A stretch of 64,000 nt of DNA from the NCBI GenBank assembly GCA_964016885.1, contig OZ024759.1:29016001-29080000 (forward strand), read 5' to 3'. This document shows, piece by piece, positions 14,688-29,186 of the stretch. The notes under the pieces were generated by a model that was given only the letters and a program-made list of their open reading frames with translations, was not told the DNA's origin and searched no databases. Position 1 is the first letter of the stretch. Every line of letters starts with the position of its first letter. This DNA is from Eledone cirrhosa (taxonomy: Eukaryota). Both the position numbers and the translations under genes were made by a program.

Positions 14688-15797
14688 GATGGTGTTGATG
14701 TGATGTGATGTGAAGATGGTGGTGATGTGATGTGAAGATGGTGGTGATGGTGATGTGAAGATGGTGGTGATGTGATGTGAAGATGGTGGTGATGTTGATG
14801 TGATGTGAAGATGGTGGTGATGGTGATGTGATGTGAAGATGGTGGTGATGTGATGTGAAGATGGTGGTGATGTTGATGTGAAGATGGTGGTGATGTGATG
14901 TGAAGATGGTGGTGATGTTGATGTGATGTGAAGATGGTGGTGATGGTGATGTGAAGATGGTGGTGATGGCGATGTGATGTGAAGATGGTGGTGATGTTGA
15001 TGTGAAGATGGTGGTGATGTGATGTGAAGATGGTGGTGATGGTGATGTGATGTGAAGATGGTGGTGATGTGATGTGAAGATGGTGGTGATGTTGATGTGA
15101 AGATGGTGGTGATGGTGATGTGAAGATGGTGGTGATGTGATGTGAAGATGGTGGTGATGGCGATGTGATGTGAAGATGGTGGTGATGTTGATGTGATGTG
15201 AAGATGGTGGTGATGTGATGTGAAGATGGTGGTGATGGTGATGTGAAGATGGTGGTGATGTGATGTGAAGATGGTGGTGATGTTGATGTGATGTGAAGAT
15301 GGTGGCGATGTGATGTGAAGATGGTGGTGATGTTGATGTGATGTGAAGATGGTGGTGGTGGCGATGTGATGTGAAGATGGTGGTGATGGTGATGTGAAGA
15401 TGGTGGTGATGTGATGTGAAGATGGTGGTGATGTTGATGTGATGTGAAGATGGTGGTGATGGTGATGTGAAGATGGTGGTGATGTGATGTGAAGATGGTG
15501 GTGATGGCGATGTGATGTGAAGATGGTGGTGATGGTGATGTGAAGATGGTGGTGATGTGATGTGAAGATGGTGGTGATGTTGATGTGATGTGAAGATGGT
15601 GGTGATGGTGATGTGAAGATGGTGGTGATGTGATGTGAAGATGGTGGTGATGGCGATGTGATGTGAAGATGGTGGTGATGTTGATGTGAAGATGGTGGTG
15701 ATGTTGATGTGATGTGAAGATGGTGGTGATGTGATGTGAAGACGGTGGTGATGTTGATGTGATGTGAAGATGGTGGTGATGTTGATGTGAGGTGAAG
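14688..15797. repeat. Composite minisatellite built on GTGAAGATGGTGGTGAT with interchangeable GATGT/GATGGT/GATGTT/GATGGC modules
   Basis: Direct reading; produces His/Ser/Pro/Thr-rich ORFs on the minus strand. Confidence 0.92.
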
Positions 15798-15863
15798 GAA
15801 AGCGGATGTTATTAAAATGTGGAGGTACAAAAGAATGAGGGGAGCTCAGACACATTGTGTGTG

Positions 15864-15894
<31 letters not shown>

Positions 15895-15913
15895 GAATGT
15901 ATATACATACACA

Positions 15914-15965
<52 letters not shown>

Positions 15966-16010
15966 TGTATATACATACATATGAGTGCATATATATATAT
16001 ATATATATAC

Positions 16011-16800
16011 ATACCTGCCCTCCTTCTCCACTGACACGCAGCTAGACAACCATAGCCTGCATCGGCGTTTCCCTGGGGCTCGGCCTCCGGATCTGCCAAT
16101 CACACCAATATCGCTGCGGTTCCACTGTGGACTCTTTCGGCCTCCACCCGCTTTCCTGTCGCCACAGTGCCGGCCGCATTCCACGCCATGCTGCCCTCAA
16201 CGAGGTCATTAAGCATGGCTTGGACGCTGCAGGCTTCCCTTCTCAGCTCGAGCCGGTGGGGCTGGGTCGAGGGGACGGCACAAGGCCAGATGGCATGACC
16301 ATCTTCCCGTTCCGCGCTGGAAAACCCCTCGTCTGAGATGCCACTTGCACCGACACTTTCTGCAGCCGCAACCTGGTGCAGTCTGCGACTGACCCAGGTT
16401 CTGCTGCACGTCGGGCTGAGGGGGCCAAACTCCTCAAATACCGGTCGCTCTCCAACAGGTTTGCGGTCGTACCCCTGGCAGTGGAGACTTCTGGTGTCCT
16501 CGGCCCCAGGGCTACCTCCTTACTCACCACCATAGGCGCTGAGCTGGCCAGCCGCGGGTGTGAGCCGCGCGAGTTGGAGTGGCTTTTCCAGCGCGTCTCC
16601 CTTGCCGTCCACCGGGGAAACGCCTTCTCCATTCTATCCGCCGGGGCCGTGGGTGGGCCCCATCGCGTACCGCTGTAGTTGTTGTAGAAGAAACAGGAAG
16701 ACAACAACTGGAAAGTTTGATTTTCTACTTTATCATTTACTTCTGCATCGTAAGATCGTCGCAATACCACCACACTACATTACTACACCACACTTCTAGA
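16011..16800 (+). mobile_element. 5'-truncated CRE-clade non-LTR retrotransposon (zinc knuckle plus restriction-like endonuclease), pseudogenised
   Basis: ..[48 protein letters not shown]...GKPLV*DATCTDT..AE..K..KY..L...F.VVPLAVETSG..G...QRVSLAVHRGNA is the CRE RLE C-terminus. Frameshift near 16057, TGA in place of W at 16334-16336, stop at 16678. Flanked by TA/TG repeats. Confidence 0.85.
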
Positions 16801-16833
16801 TGTGTGTATATATATATATAACATGTGTGTGTA

Positions 16834-16905
<72 letters not shown>

Positions 16906-16990
16906 TATATTTTGAGAATAAACTCTGTCGTTTACAATAATTAAGCTCCAGGAAGGGGCTCTTCCGAGCAGTTAAATATGCACCCTCTCC

Positions 16991-17042
<52 letters not shown>

Positions 17043-17289
17043 GGAGAGGGAGAGGGTGCATATACATAAATGCAAGTGATGTGATGTTTGAGTTAAAGAG
17101 GGCTGGCGGAAAGGGCTGTGTATGTGTGTAGTATATAAAAACTAACTAAATAGAGAGGGGGGGGGGGGTAGTGATGTTAAGGAATTGGAGATGGCGGAAG
17201 TGTGTGTAAGATGGCAGAAAGACTTCTCTATGTATGTTTGTGTATGAATGTTTTGTATGGCATTTGGTGTGTGTGTATATGTGTTTGTG

Positions 17290-17466
17290 TGAGTGAGGTT
17301 TAGTATGTGTGTATATATGTGTATGTTTATGCGTGTTTGTGTTTTTAGGAGGTTTAGAATGTGTGTATCTGTGTGTGTGTATATATCCATATATACGTGT
17401 TTAGGTATTTGTGTTTATGTGATGTTTAGTATGTGTGTGTATATATATATACGTGTATGTGTGTGT

Positions 17467-17508
<42 letters not shown>

Positions 17509-17578
17509 TACTTGTCTTGTTTGTGTTTATGTGAGGTTTAGTATGTGTGTATGAGTATATATATTTATATATATACAC

Positions 17579-17610
<32 letters not shown>

Positions 17611-17740
17611 ATACGTGTGTTTGTGTTTATGTGAAGTTTAGAATGTGTGTGTGTGTGTATATATACGTGTGTGTGTATATATATATGTTGTTTACTTGTT
17701 TGTGTTTATGTGAGGTTTAGTATGTGTGTATGAGTATATA

Positions 17741-17775
<35 letters not shown>

Positions 17776-18230
17776 ATGAGTATACGTGTGTTTGTGTTTA
17801 TGTGAAGTTTAGAATGTGTGTGTGTATATATATGTATATATATACATGTGTGTGTGTATATATATATATGTTGTTTACTTGTTTGTGTTTATGTGAGGTT
17901 TAGTATGTGTGTATGAGTATATATATTTATATATATACATATATATGTGTGTTTGTGTTTATGTGAAGTTTAGAATGTGTGTGTGTATATATATATGTAT
18001 ATATATACATGTGTGTGTGTGTGTGTGTATATATATATGTTGTTTACTTGTTTGTGTTTATGTGAGGTTTAGTATGTGTGTATGAGTATATATATATATA
18101 TATATATACATATATATGTGTGTGTGTGTGTATACGTGTGTTTGTGTTTATGTGAAGTTTAGAATGTGTGCGTGTATATATATGTATATATATATACGTG
18201 TGTGTTTAGTATGTGTTTGTGTGTATATAT
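17290..18230. repeat. Microsatellite-containing tandem repeat (~180-190 bp period)
   Basis: Recurring gtttatgtgaggtttagtatg and gtttatgtgaagtttagaatg anchors. Confidence 0.75.
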
Positions 18231-18516
18231 ATATATATATATGTATGTATATATATATATATATATATATACGTGAGTATTATAGTATGGAGGAAGAATT
18301 GACGGAATGGGACGATAGAAGTATAAAGAATTGATTGAATGTCTGACAGCATTAGTTTATCTCACGTTTTTATTCACTTTCTCTTTCTATTTATCTATGT
18401 TGTTGTTGTTGTTGTTGTTGTTTTACTTAATTATTTGTTTGTTTGTTTGATTGTGTTGCTTAGTTTTAAGTTTTGTGTCTTGTTTTTTCTTTTCTCCTTT
18501 CTTCTGCTCTCATCCT

Positions 18517-18628
<112 letters not shown>

Positions 18629-18645
18629 ATATATATACACATACA

Positions 18646-18684
<39 letters not shown>

Positions 18685-19190
18685 TTATATATATATATAT
18701 ATTCTGCTCTCGCTACTTTGAAATGTGAGAACAGGCGTGGTCTGAGGTGAAGATGAAGAAAGATGAGGTGGATGGAGCAAGTGAAATGATATGGTGAGAT
18801 GGAGAATCTTACATACATACACTACACACACCATAGAAATACACATGCTCCACCTTTCATTTTTTTCTTCTTCCACACACCCACAACGCTCACACACACA
18901 CTCCCCCACCCACACACACACACATGAGATCCACTTTCCCATGAAGTGTTTTTGTTGTTGATGTTTGTGTTGGTTTCTTTTCGTTCCAAAACATCTCTTC
19001 CTTCTCTCTTCTAATCACAGTTTTAGCAATATACACAGTCACATACAAAATGCACAATATATACATACACACACAATCAGATATCCAATACACACACAGT
19101 CTCACTCATTCACACTCACATACAAACATGTACAATCCAGACACATACTCATACACAAAATGTACAACCCATACTGTCACACACACACAC

Positions 19191-19248
<58 letters not shown>

Positions 19249-19368
19249 CACACACACACACAGTCACTAACACAGTCTCACACATTCATACACATATACA
19301 AAATGTACAATATACACACACAGAAAATGTACCATACACATACTCACACACCTTCGTTATATATATAT

Positions 19369-19635
<267 letters not shown>

Positions 19636-19995
19636 ATATTATATATTACTTCAAAATATTAATAAATATAGACATTCATGTGATCAAATATATATTTTAT
19701 TATACATATTTCAGAGATACTGAGCTATTTAAACTATATATATATATATATATATTATTAGAAAGTGAGGTTTTTTTTACAAAATGAAAAATAACCGAGG
19801 TGTCCTACACGAGTGGAAGTATAAAGAAAAAAAGATGAAATCGAAAATGCAACTGGAGTCTTATTTTAAAATATATATATATATTTATTTAGTTCCTTTA
19901 CCGGTTTCGTAGTTCTTCTGCTTTTCAAAAGTAGAGTTGAGATGGAGGGTCTAGGTGTATGTATGTATATATATATGTGTGTGTGTGTGTGTGTT

Positions 19996-20151
<156 letters not shown>

Positions 20152-21207
20152 AGACAGTTACGATGGAAGTCAGGAGATGGTCACAGTTAAAAAAAGGTAC
20201 TCAATAATGTTAGTAAAAGATAGGTATATTTATTTTATTATAGAAATGACTGCTACGGGACTAAAACTGTTTCATTGATAAGAAATTACCAGGAAAATTC
20301 TTTCCTGACGATCACTTACGAATGAAACAGTTCCAGACCGTTAGAAGTTATTTCTGTTAATAAAATGTGTGCGCGCGCGCATATATATATATTCATTTAT
20401 TATATATATATGTATATATATATAGAGAGAGAGAGAGAGAAAGAGAGAGTGAGAGATGTATTTATATAAATACACTTTAATTTTATATATATATATATAT
20501 GTTGATGATGCGAACACAAGCAAAAAAATCCTTACTAACAGGATACCGACTCGACCTTAATAAAATCACACACACACACACACACATGGTAGCCCTCTCT
20601 ATACATCCCCCCCCCCCCCCCCCACACACACACACGGTAGCCCTCTCCATACATTCCTACACACACGCGGTAGCCCTCTATACATCCCTACACACACATA
20701 CACGGTAGTCCTATCCATACATCCCTCTCTATATTTACATATGGCTTTAATTAAAACAGACCCCGGCCAGACGTCTACTTCATCCCTTCCTTCCTCTTCT
20801 GTTACTACCGTCAATACCACCATCATCATCACCACCACATAACACCCCTCCAACACCCTTTACCCCTCTGGACGTTGGTTTATATTCAAAAGGGAGCTTT
20901 AAGGGTCTCTGATGACTGTTAACTCCTATACATATATAAATACACATATCCCTTCTTTTCTTTGCCTTTCTCAAACCAACACAAACTGGCACCAAGGCAG
21001 ATTAACTTTATAAACCCCTTTCACTTCTTGTTGTTGTTGCTGTTGCTGTTCAACTACTACTACTACCCTTATTTTTGGCGGTATGACCTTACTTTCGGTT
21101 GACCTCGCCGGTTATCTGAAGGGTAAATAAACCCTTCAGATATTTAGAATCTTACAAAAGTGTCTAGGGATATGTAGCAGTATTCTATCTATATATCTAT
21201 CTATGCA

Positions 21208-21264
<57 letters not shown>

Positions 21265-21596
21265 CTATACACACACACACACCTGGAGTAAACACGTGTG
21301 TACCGAGGACACGAGGAAGAACCTCTTTCTAGTCCCTTTCCATAGCGACACCAAAGCTACCCCTGACCACCCACCGATGTAGGCGACGAATTCCTGCAAT
21401 GTTATAGAGACCCAGAATCAATCATGAACTTTGTACATGAAATTAAAGTGTAGATGGCTGAACATTCCACAACACGCTGTCAAGTCGAAGAATCGAACAC
21501 ACGACCTTCATGATTATTTACCAGCTTCATTCTACAGTAACTGGCGTAGAAAAATATAATTTTTCAAAGAAATATCGCTTGAGTCAAACATAAATT

Positions 21597-21843
21597 CGGC
21601 GTCTGCCATGTTGTCCCGTTGCTCTACAGACGTCTGCCATTTTGTCCCGTTGCTCTATAGACGTCTGCCATTTTGTCCCATTGCTCTATAGACGTCTGCC
21701 ATTTTGTCTCGTTGCTCTATAGACGTCTGCCATTTTGACCCGTTGCTCTACAGACGTCTGCCATTTTGTCCGTTACCCTATAGACGTTTGCCATGTTGTC
21801 AAGTTGCTCTACAGACGTCTGCCATTTTGTCCCATTGTTCTAT
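21597..21843. repeat. 31-bp minisatellite, ~8 copies
   Basis: Unit agacgtctgccattttgtcccgttgctctat. Confidence 0.9.
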
Positions 21844-22065
21844 ACATCAGACCTGGCGTCTTTCCTCTCCACAATGCCATATTTGACGAGGCAGGCGATA
21901 ACTAAGTTTCCTCCCACTCTACTCTTTTACTTTGATATTGAGGCGCCATATTCTGATTGAATTCTGAGCCAGTCATACCACTAAAGATGTGTGTATGCGC
22001 TTTATATATATATATATATATATCATTTAAGGTCGGGTTTTCCTCTTAAATGATGTGTGTATGTG

Positions 22066-22121
<56 letters not shown>

Positions 22122-22249
22122 ATGGGATGCTCCATAGAAATTTGTCAGGATTTCACACTTATGTAAATATATATAATAGAAAGTTTGAAAAACTTCGAAC
22201 AACTTGAGATTGGTCATCCAGGCATTTAGATAAATTGATAATAATAATA

Positions 22250-22860
22250 ATAATTGTTTCTACTTTAGGCACAAGGCCAGCAAATACCCAGTACATTACT
22301 GGTACTTTATTTTATCGACCCCGTAAGGATTGAAAGGCAAAGTTAACCTCGGCGGGATTTGAACTCGGACTGTATAATAATGGTTTCTGATTTCGTCGGA
22401 TAAAATTCCATCACGGTATTTCTTCAGGCTCGTTATTTTATTAGTTCAAATTCCGTCAACTTCGCCTTTTATCCTCCCGGGCTCGATAAAATAAAGTACC
22501 AGTCTAGCATTGAGGTCGATATTGCTGGCCTTGTGCTAATAATGTAAGAAAGACATTATGCCTTGTAGCATAGAGCTACACCCCTTTACGGTATAAGTTC
22601 AAATACCACCGAGGTTAACTTTGCCTTTCATCCTTACAGGATATAAAATAAAGTACCAGTAATGCACTGGAGATAATTGCTGGCCTTTGCCAAAAGTAGA
22701 TACAATTATTATTGATTTCATAATTAGCACAAAGCCCAGAATTATTTTAGGAGAAAGGGGAAATTTATATCGACTCCAGTACTTCACTGGTACTACATTT
22801 TATCGACCCCTGGAAGGGTGAAAGGCTAATTTGACCTCGGTATCAGATTTCTTATTTAAG
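22250..22860. mobile_element. Cluster of SINE family 1 fragments in both orientations
   Basis: Core and tail motifs at ~22250-22370 (-), 22440-22550 (+), 22560-22710 (+), 22725-22845 (-). Confidence 0.7.
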
Positions 22861-23125
22861 CACTAAGCTACAAATTTTACAGAGTTCGGAATATAAATTT
22901 AAGTATTACATATTTTCACCTCATATTTCACACGTTTATATAAATATCTATATTTCATTGTTTAGAAAGATGCTTAGCTCACACGCACTCATATAATATA
23001 TATATATGTGGTCCGTATTTATGGGTTTGTGTGTGTACATTTCAGACCAAACAGGTCTTTCCCAATCCCAAAATCATATATATATATTCTTTTATGTGTT
23101 CCAGCCGACATGCTGAGGCACTATA

Positions 23126-23155
<30 letters not shown>

Positions 23156-23158
<3 letters not shown>

Positions 23159-23475
23159 TGTTTCTACTTTAGGCACAAGGCCAGCAAATACCCAGTGCAT
23201 TACTGGTACTTTATTTTATCGAGCCCGTAAGGATGAAAGGCAAAGTCAACCTCGGCGGGATTTGAACTCAGATCGTAAAGGGACATAACTATGCTGGAAA
23301 GCATGGCGTCCGACCCTCTACCGATACTTCCAGCATAGTTACGTCTCTTCATGATCCGAGTTCAAATTCCTCTAAGGTTAACTTTGCCTTTCATCCTTAC
23401 GGGGTCGATAAAATAAAGTACCAGTAATACACTCTGATATAGTTGCTGGCCTTGTGCCAAAGGTAGAAACAATTA
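23156..23475. mobile_element. Head-to-head SINE family 1 pair
   Basis: Minus copy 23156-23327 fused directly to a plus copy 23328-23475 that lacks its A-box. Confidence 0.75.
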
Positions 23476-23520
23476 TAGCCTAGTGGTGAAATTCCAGAGT
23501 AACAAGGCTCACCACTTGGC

Positions 23521-23578
<58 letters not shown>

Positions 23579-23660
23579 GTTATTCCGGGTTGAATCGGAG
23601 GTAACCACAGTAAGTAAGGTACTCAATACATAGCAGAGTATAATAGTTTTAATATAGAAG

Positions 23661-23711
23661 AGATTCTACAGGACTAGAACTGTTTCATTCATTAGAAATC
23701 ATCAGGAATCT
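23661..23711 (-). ncRNA. Type I hammerhead ribozyme (mirror copy)
   Basis: Exact reverse complement of 24034-24084. Confidence 0.75.
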
Positions 23712-23944
23712 GGGTATCAAAAAATAAATATGGTATTTATAGGTCTCTACAAGTGGTAGGAGAGGGTGGGGAGTGGGATGGGTGCAGGTCATTGGTTGAT
23801 AGAGAAGGGAATTCATTAAAGGCTAATTCTACATAGCTATAGTTAATTTATATTTATTTATGTTTTTAGAGTACTCTAAAAACATAAATAAATATAAATT
23901 AACTATAGCTATGTAGAATTAGCCTTTAATGAATTCCCTTCTCT

Positions 23945-24015
23945 ATCAACCAATGACCTGCACCCATCCCACTCCCCACCCTCTCCTACCACTTGTAGAG
24001 ACCTATAAATACCAT
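23945..24015 (+). promoter_or_regulatory. Candidate pseudo-LTR Pol II promoter (CCAAT, CACCC, TATAAA)
   Basis: aaccaatg at ~23948, ccccaccc at ~23974, tataaata at 24004, ~30 bp upstream of hammerhead stem I; mirrored on the minus strand. Confidence 0.4.
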
Positions 24016-24033
24016 ATTTATTTTTTGATACCC

Positions 24034-24084
24034 AGATTCCTGATGATTTCTAATGAATGAAACAGTTCTAGTCCTGTAGAATCT
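24034..24084 (+). ncRNA. Minimal type I hammerhead ribozyme
   Basis: agattc CTGATGA tttctaatgaat GAAA cag ttctagtc ctg TA gaatct: stem I agattc/gaatct, stem III cag/ctg, GUA cleavage triplet, weak stem II. Confidence 0.75.
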
Positions 24085-24195
24085 CTTCTATATTAAAACT
24101 ATATATATATATATATATATATATTAGTATCCGTGCTCTGAAATACCGATGTATGTATGAATATATATATATGTGAATATATATATATATATATG

Positions 24196-24258
<63 letters not shown>

Positions 24259-24312
24259 GTGAATATATATATATATATATGTGAATATATATATATATAT
24301 ATGTATATGTGA

Positions 24313-24518
<206 letters not shown>

Positions 24519-24548
24519 TCACATATATATATATATATTCACATCTAC

Positions 24549-24608
<60 letters not shown>

Positions 24609-24638
24609 TCACATATATATATATATATTCACATCTAC

Positions 24639-24669
<31 letters not shown>

Positions 24670-25340
24670 TATATATATAAATATATATATATGTATATGT
24701 GAATATACATATATATAGTGTTTGGAGTGTAGAGGAAGGTGTTATTCCTAAAATGCCAAAAATTCCAACCGTTGTGGTGGCCATTGTTCGCCATATGTCA
24801 CAAGACATGTCACTACCACCACCACCACCACACACCACCACCACCACCACACACCACCACCACCACCACACACCACCACCATCATCACCATCACTAGCTG
24901 TCAGCTGCTCTGAGAAACCACAATCATTGTCTCGCCTCTTGACGTTGTTATCGTTGTCATCGTCATCGTCGTTGTTGTCAATTTTCGGTGTCGTCATCGT
25001 CACCCCACCCCCTACCCACCACCCCCACCACCACTACCAACTGCATTATCGTCATCGTCATCTCACCATCATCGGTCGGTCGTAGTCGTCGTCGTCGTTG
25101 TTGTTTATATCGTCTGTTATCAATATCTTCATCATTTCTCCCACGGTTTCTAGAGGGGGGGGGGGCGATAGTTCTCTACTTCCATACCACACCCTAGTCC
25201 AATTCTTGACAAACGTACACACACACACACACACACACACAGGGTTAGACACACACAGACACACACGTACACAAACAGAGAGACACACACACAGGGTTAG
25301 ACATACACAGACACACACGTACACAAACACACAGACAGAG

Positions 25341-25375
<35 letters not shown>

Positions 25376-25560
25376 GTGAGACATACACACACACCGACAC
25401 ACAAATACAAACACTGAAACAGACACAAAAAATATCACTCCGCACATTCCTACACACACACATACACATATATGTATGTATGTGTGTGTGTGTGTAGGCA
25501 TGTGCGGGAGTGATATTTTTTGTGCCTGTCTCAGTGTATGTGTGTATATAAATATATATG

Positions 25561-25598
<38 letters not shown>

Positions 25599-25819
25599 TA
25601 CAGATACAGACTAGACATCCACGCACAGAAACCTACTCCTTTGCACTCACAACCCGGATGTGATTTGTCGTTCCTTGAAGAAGAGAAGGAAATATAGGCA
25701 ACGCCTGTAGATGACCTCTGACCCCAATGACCATGACAATTTTTGGGGGAGAAACTAAATTTTAAACGGGGAAGACTTGGGTTGTTTAGTGGAAGGGGAA
25801 ATATAAGAAACACCGGTAG

Positions 25820-26300
25820 ATGACCACGTGATTTCTGAATCAGAAGGATACGGGCGGGCCGACTGTCTGGCGGATATGACCTTTTTTGGAATAATCTCTT
25901 AGACTGGTGGGCGGGGTGAGGAGGATAGGCAGACAAAATGGGGAGTTGTATATCTTCGGATGGCTAAATAGAGAAGGGGGGGGGGGGGTATGAGCAACAC
26001 TTAGATGACCCACGTGACATTTGAGACCCCCTTTTTTTTTTGAGTCAGAGAAGGATCGGGTGGTTGTGGCAGACATGTCGCATTTTTTGGGGGGTGGGGG
26101 CACGCGGAGGTAAGAATCTCTGAGATTGGTGGGCGGGAAGGAGAGGCAGAGAAAAGAGATTGGCTGAATCGGTGATGCCCCAGTTTTATGGCCATTCAAC
26201 ATTGGTCCCCAGCCCTATGTGTCCTCAGTTCAAATCTTGCCTAGGTCAGTTCTGATTGGTGTCGGGAGGGACGGAGTTGACCAATCACAGGAATAAGCTC
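25820..26300. promoter_or_regulatory. Possible promoter/enhancer-like GC-richer island
   Basis: Cluster of GGGCGG (x3), ATTGG/CCAAT, CACGTG (x2) and TGAGTCA in non-microsatellite sequence; no transcript evidence. Confidence 0.3.
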
Positions 26301-26332
26301 CACAAGGCGGACTACTTTTTCCTTGAACTCAT

Positions 26333-26992
26333 ATAACACTGGAATAGCCGTCTGGTGTCCTGGGTCTTCGACTACACCCATCCATACTGACTGGTGTCGG
26401 GACTGAGTTGACCACCCGCAGGACTGTGTCCCATAAGGTATACTATCTTATGGATCTATAACACTGGAAGAGCCGTCTGGTGTCCTGGGACTTCGACTAC
26501 ACCCATCCATACTGACTGATGTCGGGACTGAGTTGACCACCCGCAGGACTGTGTCCCATAAGGTATACTATCTTATGGATCTATAACACTGGAAGGGCCG
26601 TCTGGTGTCCTGGGTCTTCGACTACACCCATCCATACTGACTGATGTCGGGACTGAGTTGACCACCCGCAGGACTGTGTCCCATAAGGTATACTATCTTA
26701 TGGATCTATAACACTGGAAGAGCCGTCTGGTGTCCTGGGTCTTCGACTACACCCATCCATACTGACTGATGTCGGGACTGAGTTGACCACCCGCAGGACT
26801 GTGTCCCATAAGGTATACTATCTTATGGATCTATAACACTGGAAGGGCCGTCTGGTGTCCTGGGTCTTCGACTACACCCATCCATACTGACTGATGTCGG
26901 GACTGAGTTGACCACCCGCAGGACTGTGTCCCATAAGGTATACTATCTTATGGATCTATAACACTGGAAGAGCCGTCTGGTGTCCTGGGTCT
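26333..26992. repeat. Tandem array, 125-bp unit, ~5.3 copies
   Basis: ataacactgg starts at 26333, 26458, 26583, 26708, 26833 and 26958; diverged partial unit upstream (~26250-26332). Confidence 0.95.
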
Positions 26993-27375
26993 CGAACCGC
27001 TCCCTACCCACGGAGTTCACCACACGGTGGTTACACATCACAGTATAGAGCATTCCTTTGGGTGTCTTTATCATCGGGGTCTACTCTGTTGTTTGGCTCA
27101 TGATCGTAAGGTTGTGAGTTCGATTCCCGTCTCAGTGCATTGTATCCTTGAGCACTGACACGCTAATGCCACGAGCAGGCTGTTCCATCTATCGCACCAA
27201 CTGGAACACTCGTCGGAACCGATGGAGATCCAATAGCCTTTAAAAAGACACAGTCCCAACGGAAAGGCAAGTGTTCTCAAATCCATGTTTAGGTACACAC
27301 ACATTATTTATATATATATATATATATGTTTATATATATATATATATATATATGAAATATATATATATATATATG

Positions 27376-27524
<149 letters not shown>

Positions 27525-27829
27525 ACACGTACACATAAATGTACAAACCATTTTCCTAGTGTCAAATTCACAAGGAGGTCGTGTTTCGTATGCATCAATC
27601 AAAAATTTCTGAATTTTGTGACGATGGTAATAGTAATGATGGTGATGGTGATGGTTGTGGTTGTGGTTGTGGTGGTGATGGTGATGGTGGTGGTGGTGGT
27701 GATGGTGGTGGTGGTGGTTGTGGTTGTGGTGATGGTCACGGTGAGATGAATGTGGGAAAAGTAAAGGGGGTAATGTTATGTTAACGTGGAAAAGTCTGTA
27801 AAAATCATTACAACCTATATTTATATATG

Positions 27830-28445
27830 TATATAGATATATTATATATATGTATAGAGATATAGATATTTTATATTATATATCCATATATAGATATTTT
27901 ATATTATATATATACGTATATAGATATTTTACATTATATGTATGTATGTAGATATTTTATATTATATATATACGTATATAGATATTTTACATTATATGTA
28001 TGTAGATATTTTATATTATATATATGTATATGGATATTTTATATTATATATATATGTATGTATTTATATTATATATATGTATATGGATATTTTATATTAT
28101 ATATATATGTATGTATTTATATTATATATATGTATATGGATATTTTATATTATATATATATGTATGTAGATATTTTATATTATATATATATGTATATAGA
28201 TATTTTATATTATATATATACGTATATAGATATTTTACATTATATATATGTATGTAGATATTTTATATTATATACATGTATATAGATATTTTATATTATA
28301 TATGTATATAGATATTTTATATTATATACATGTATGTAGATATTTTATATATATGCATGTAGATATTTTATATTATATATATATGTATGTAGATATTTTA
28401 TATTACATATATGTATATAGATAGTTTTATATATAGATATATTAT
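27830..28445. repeat. AT-rich ~26-30-bp minisatellite
   Basis: tagatattttatattatatat(a/g).. repeats. Confidence 0.85.
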
Positions 28446-28549
28446 ATATATATCTGTGTGTGAATACACATGGATTATTTTGCTGCTGTTTTCATTTCGC
28501 TTTGCTTATATTATATACAACCATGTTATAACTTATACTATTCATTAAT

Positions 28550-28728
<179 letters not shown>

Positions 28729-29146
28729 TACACACACAAATGTACATACATGAGTGTGTTTGTTGTGTAAATTGTGATTTTGGAAATTAAATACAACTAA
28801 CATACATAATAAAGAAACACAGTGAAGGAAAGATAAGAAGAGAAAGGTAATAAATATAGGGAGGGGGTAATAAAGGAAGATAGGTGGGAGAGGGAGAGTA
28901 ATAAATGTAGGTAAGTAGGAAGATAGGTGGGGTGGTTACAAAAAGAGCGGGAAAATCAGACGGCAACTCATTGAAGTATAATAGGGGGTTACGGTTCGCT
29001 GAACTTTCACTCATTTGTAACGTGAGTAACGTCGGCTACGAATATTTCATACCTACTGTTGCATAGAAACGACACGGAGACACATACATACACAGATTCA
29101 CACGTTTGTACTCGTACATATACATACACACCTTTTTCCACCCTTC

Positions 29147-29186
<40 letters not shown>

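Larger units (their letters stand above)
23578..24102. mobile_element. Family B fold-back PLE-like element; perfect 460-bp palindrome 23643-24102
   Basis: Centre gagt|actc at 23872/23873 with no spacer. Left arm continues to the gtactcaata motif (23619). Long (TA)n on both sides. Confidence 0.85.

Noticed and set aside
26333-26992. Retrozyme-like hammerhead in the 125-bp unit (ctgatgtc)
   Set aside because: No CUGANGA/GAAA pair on either strand.
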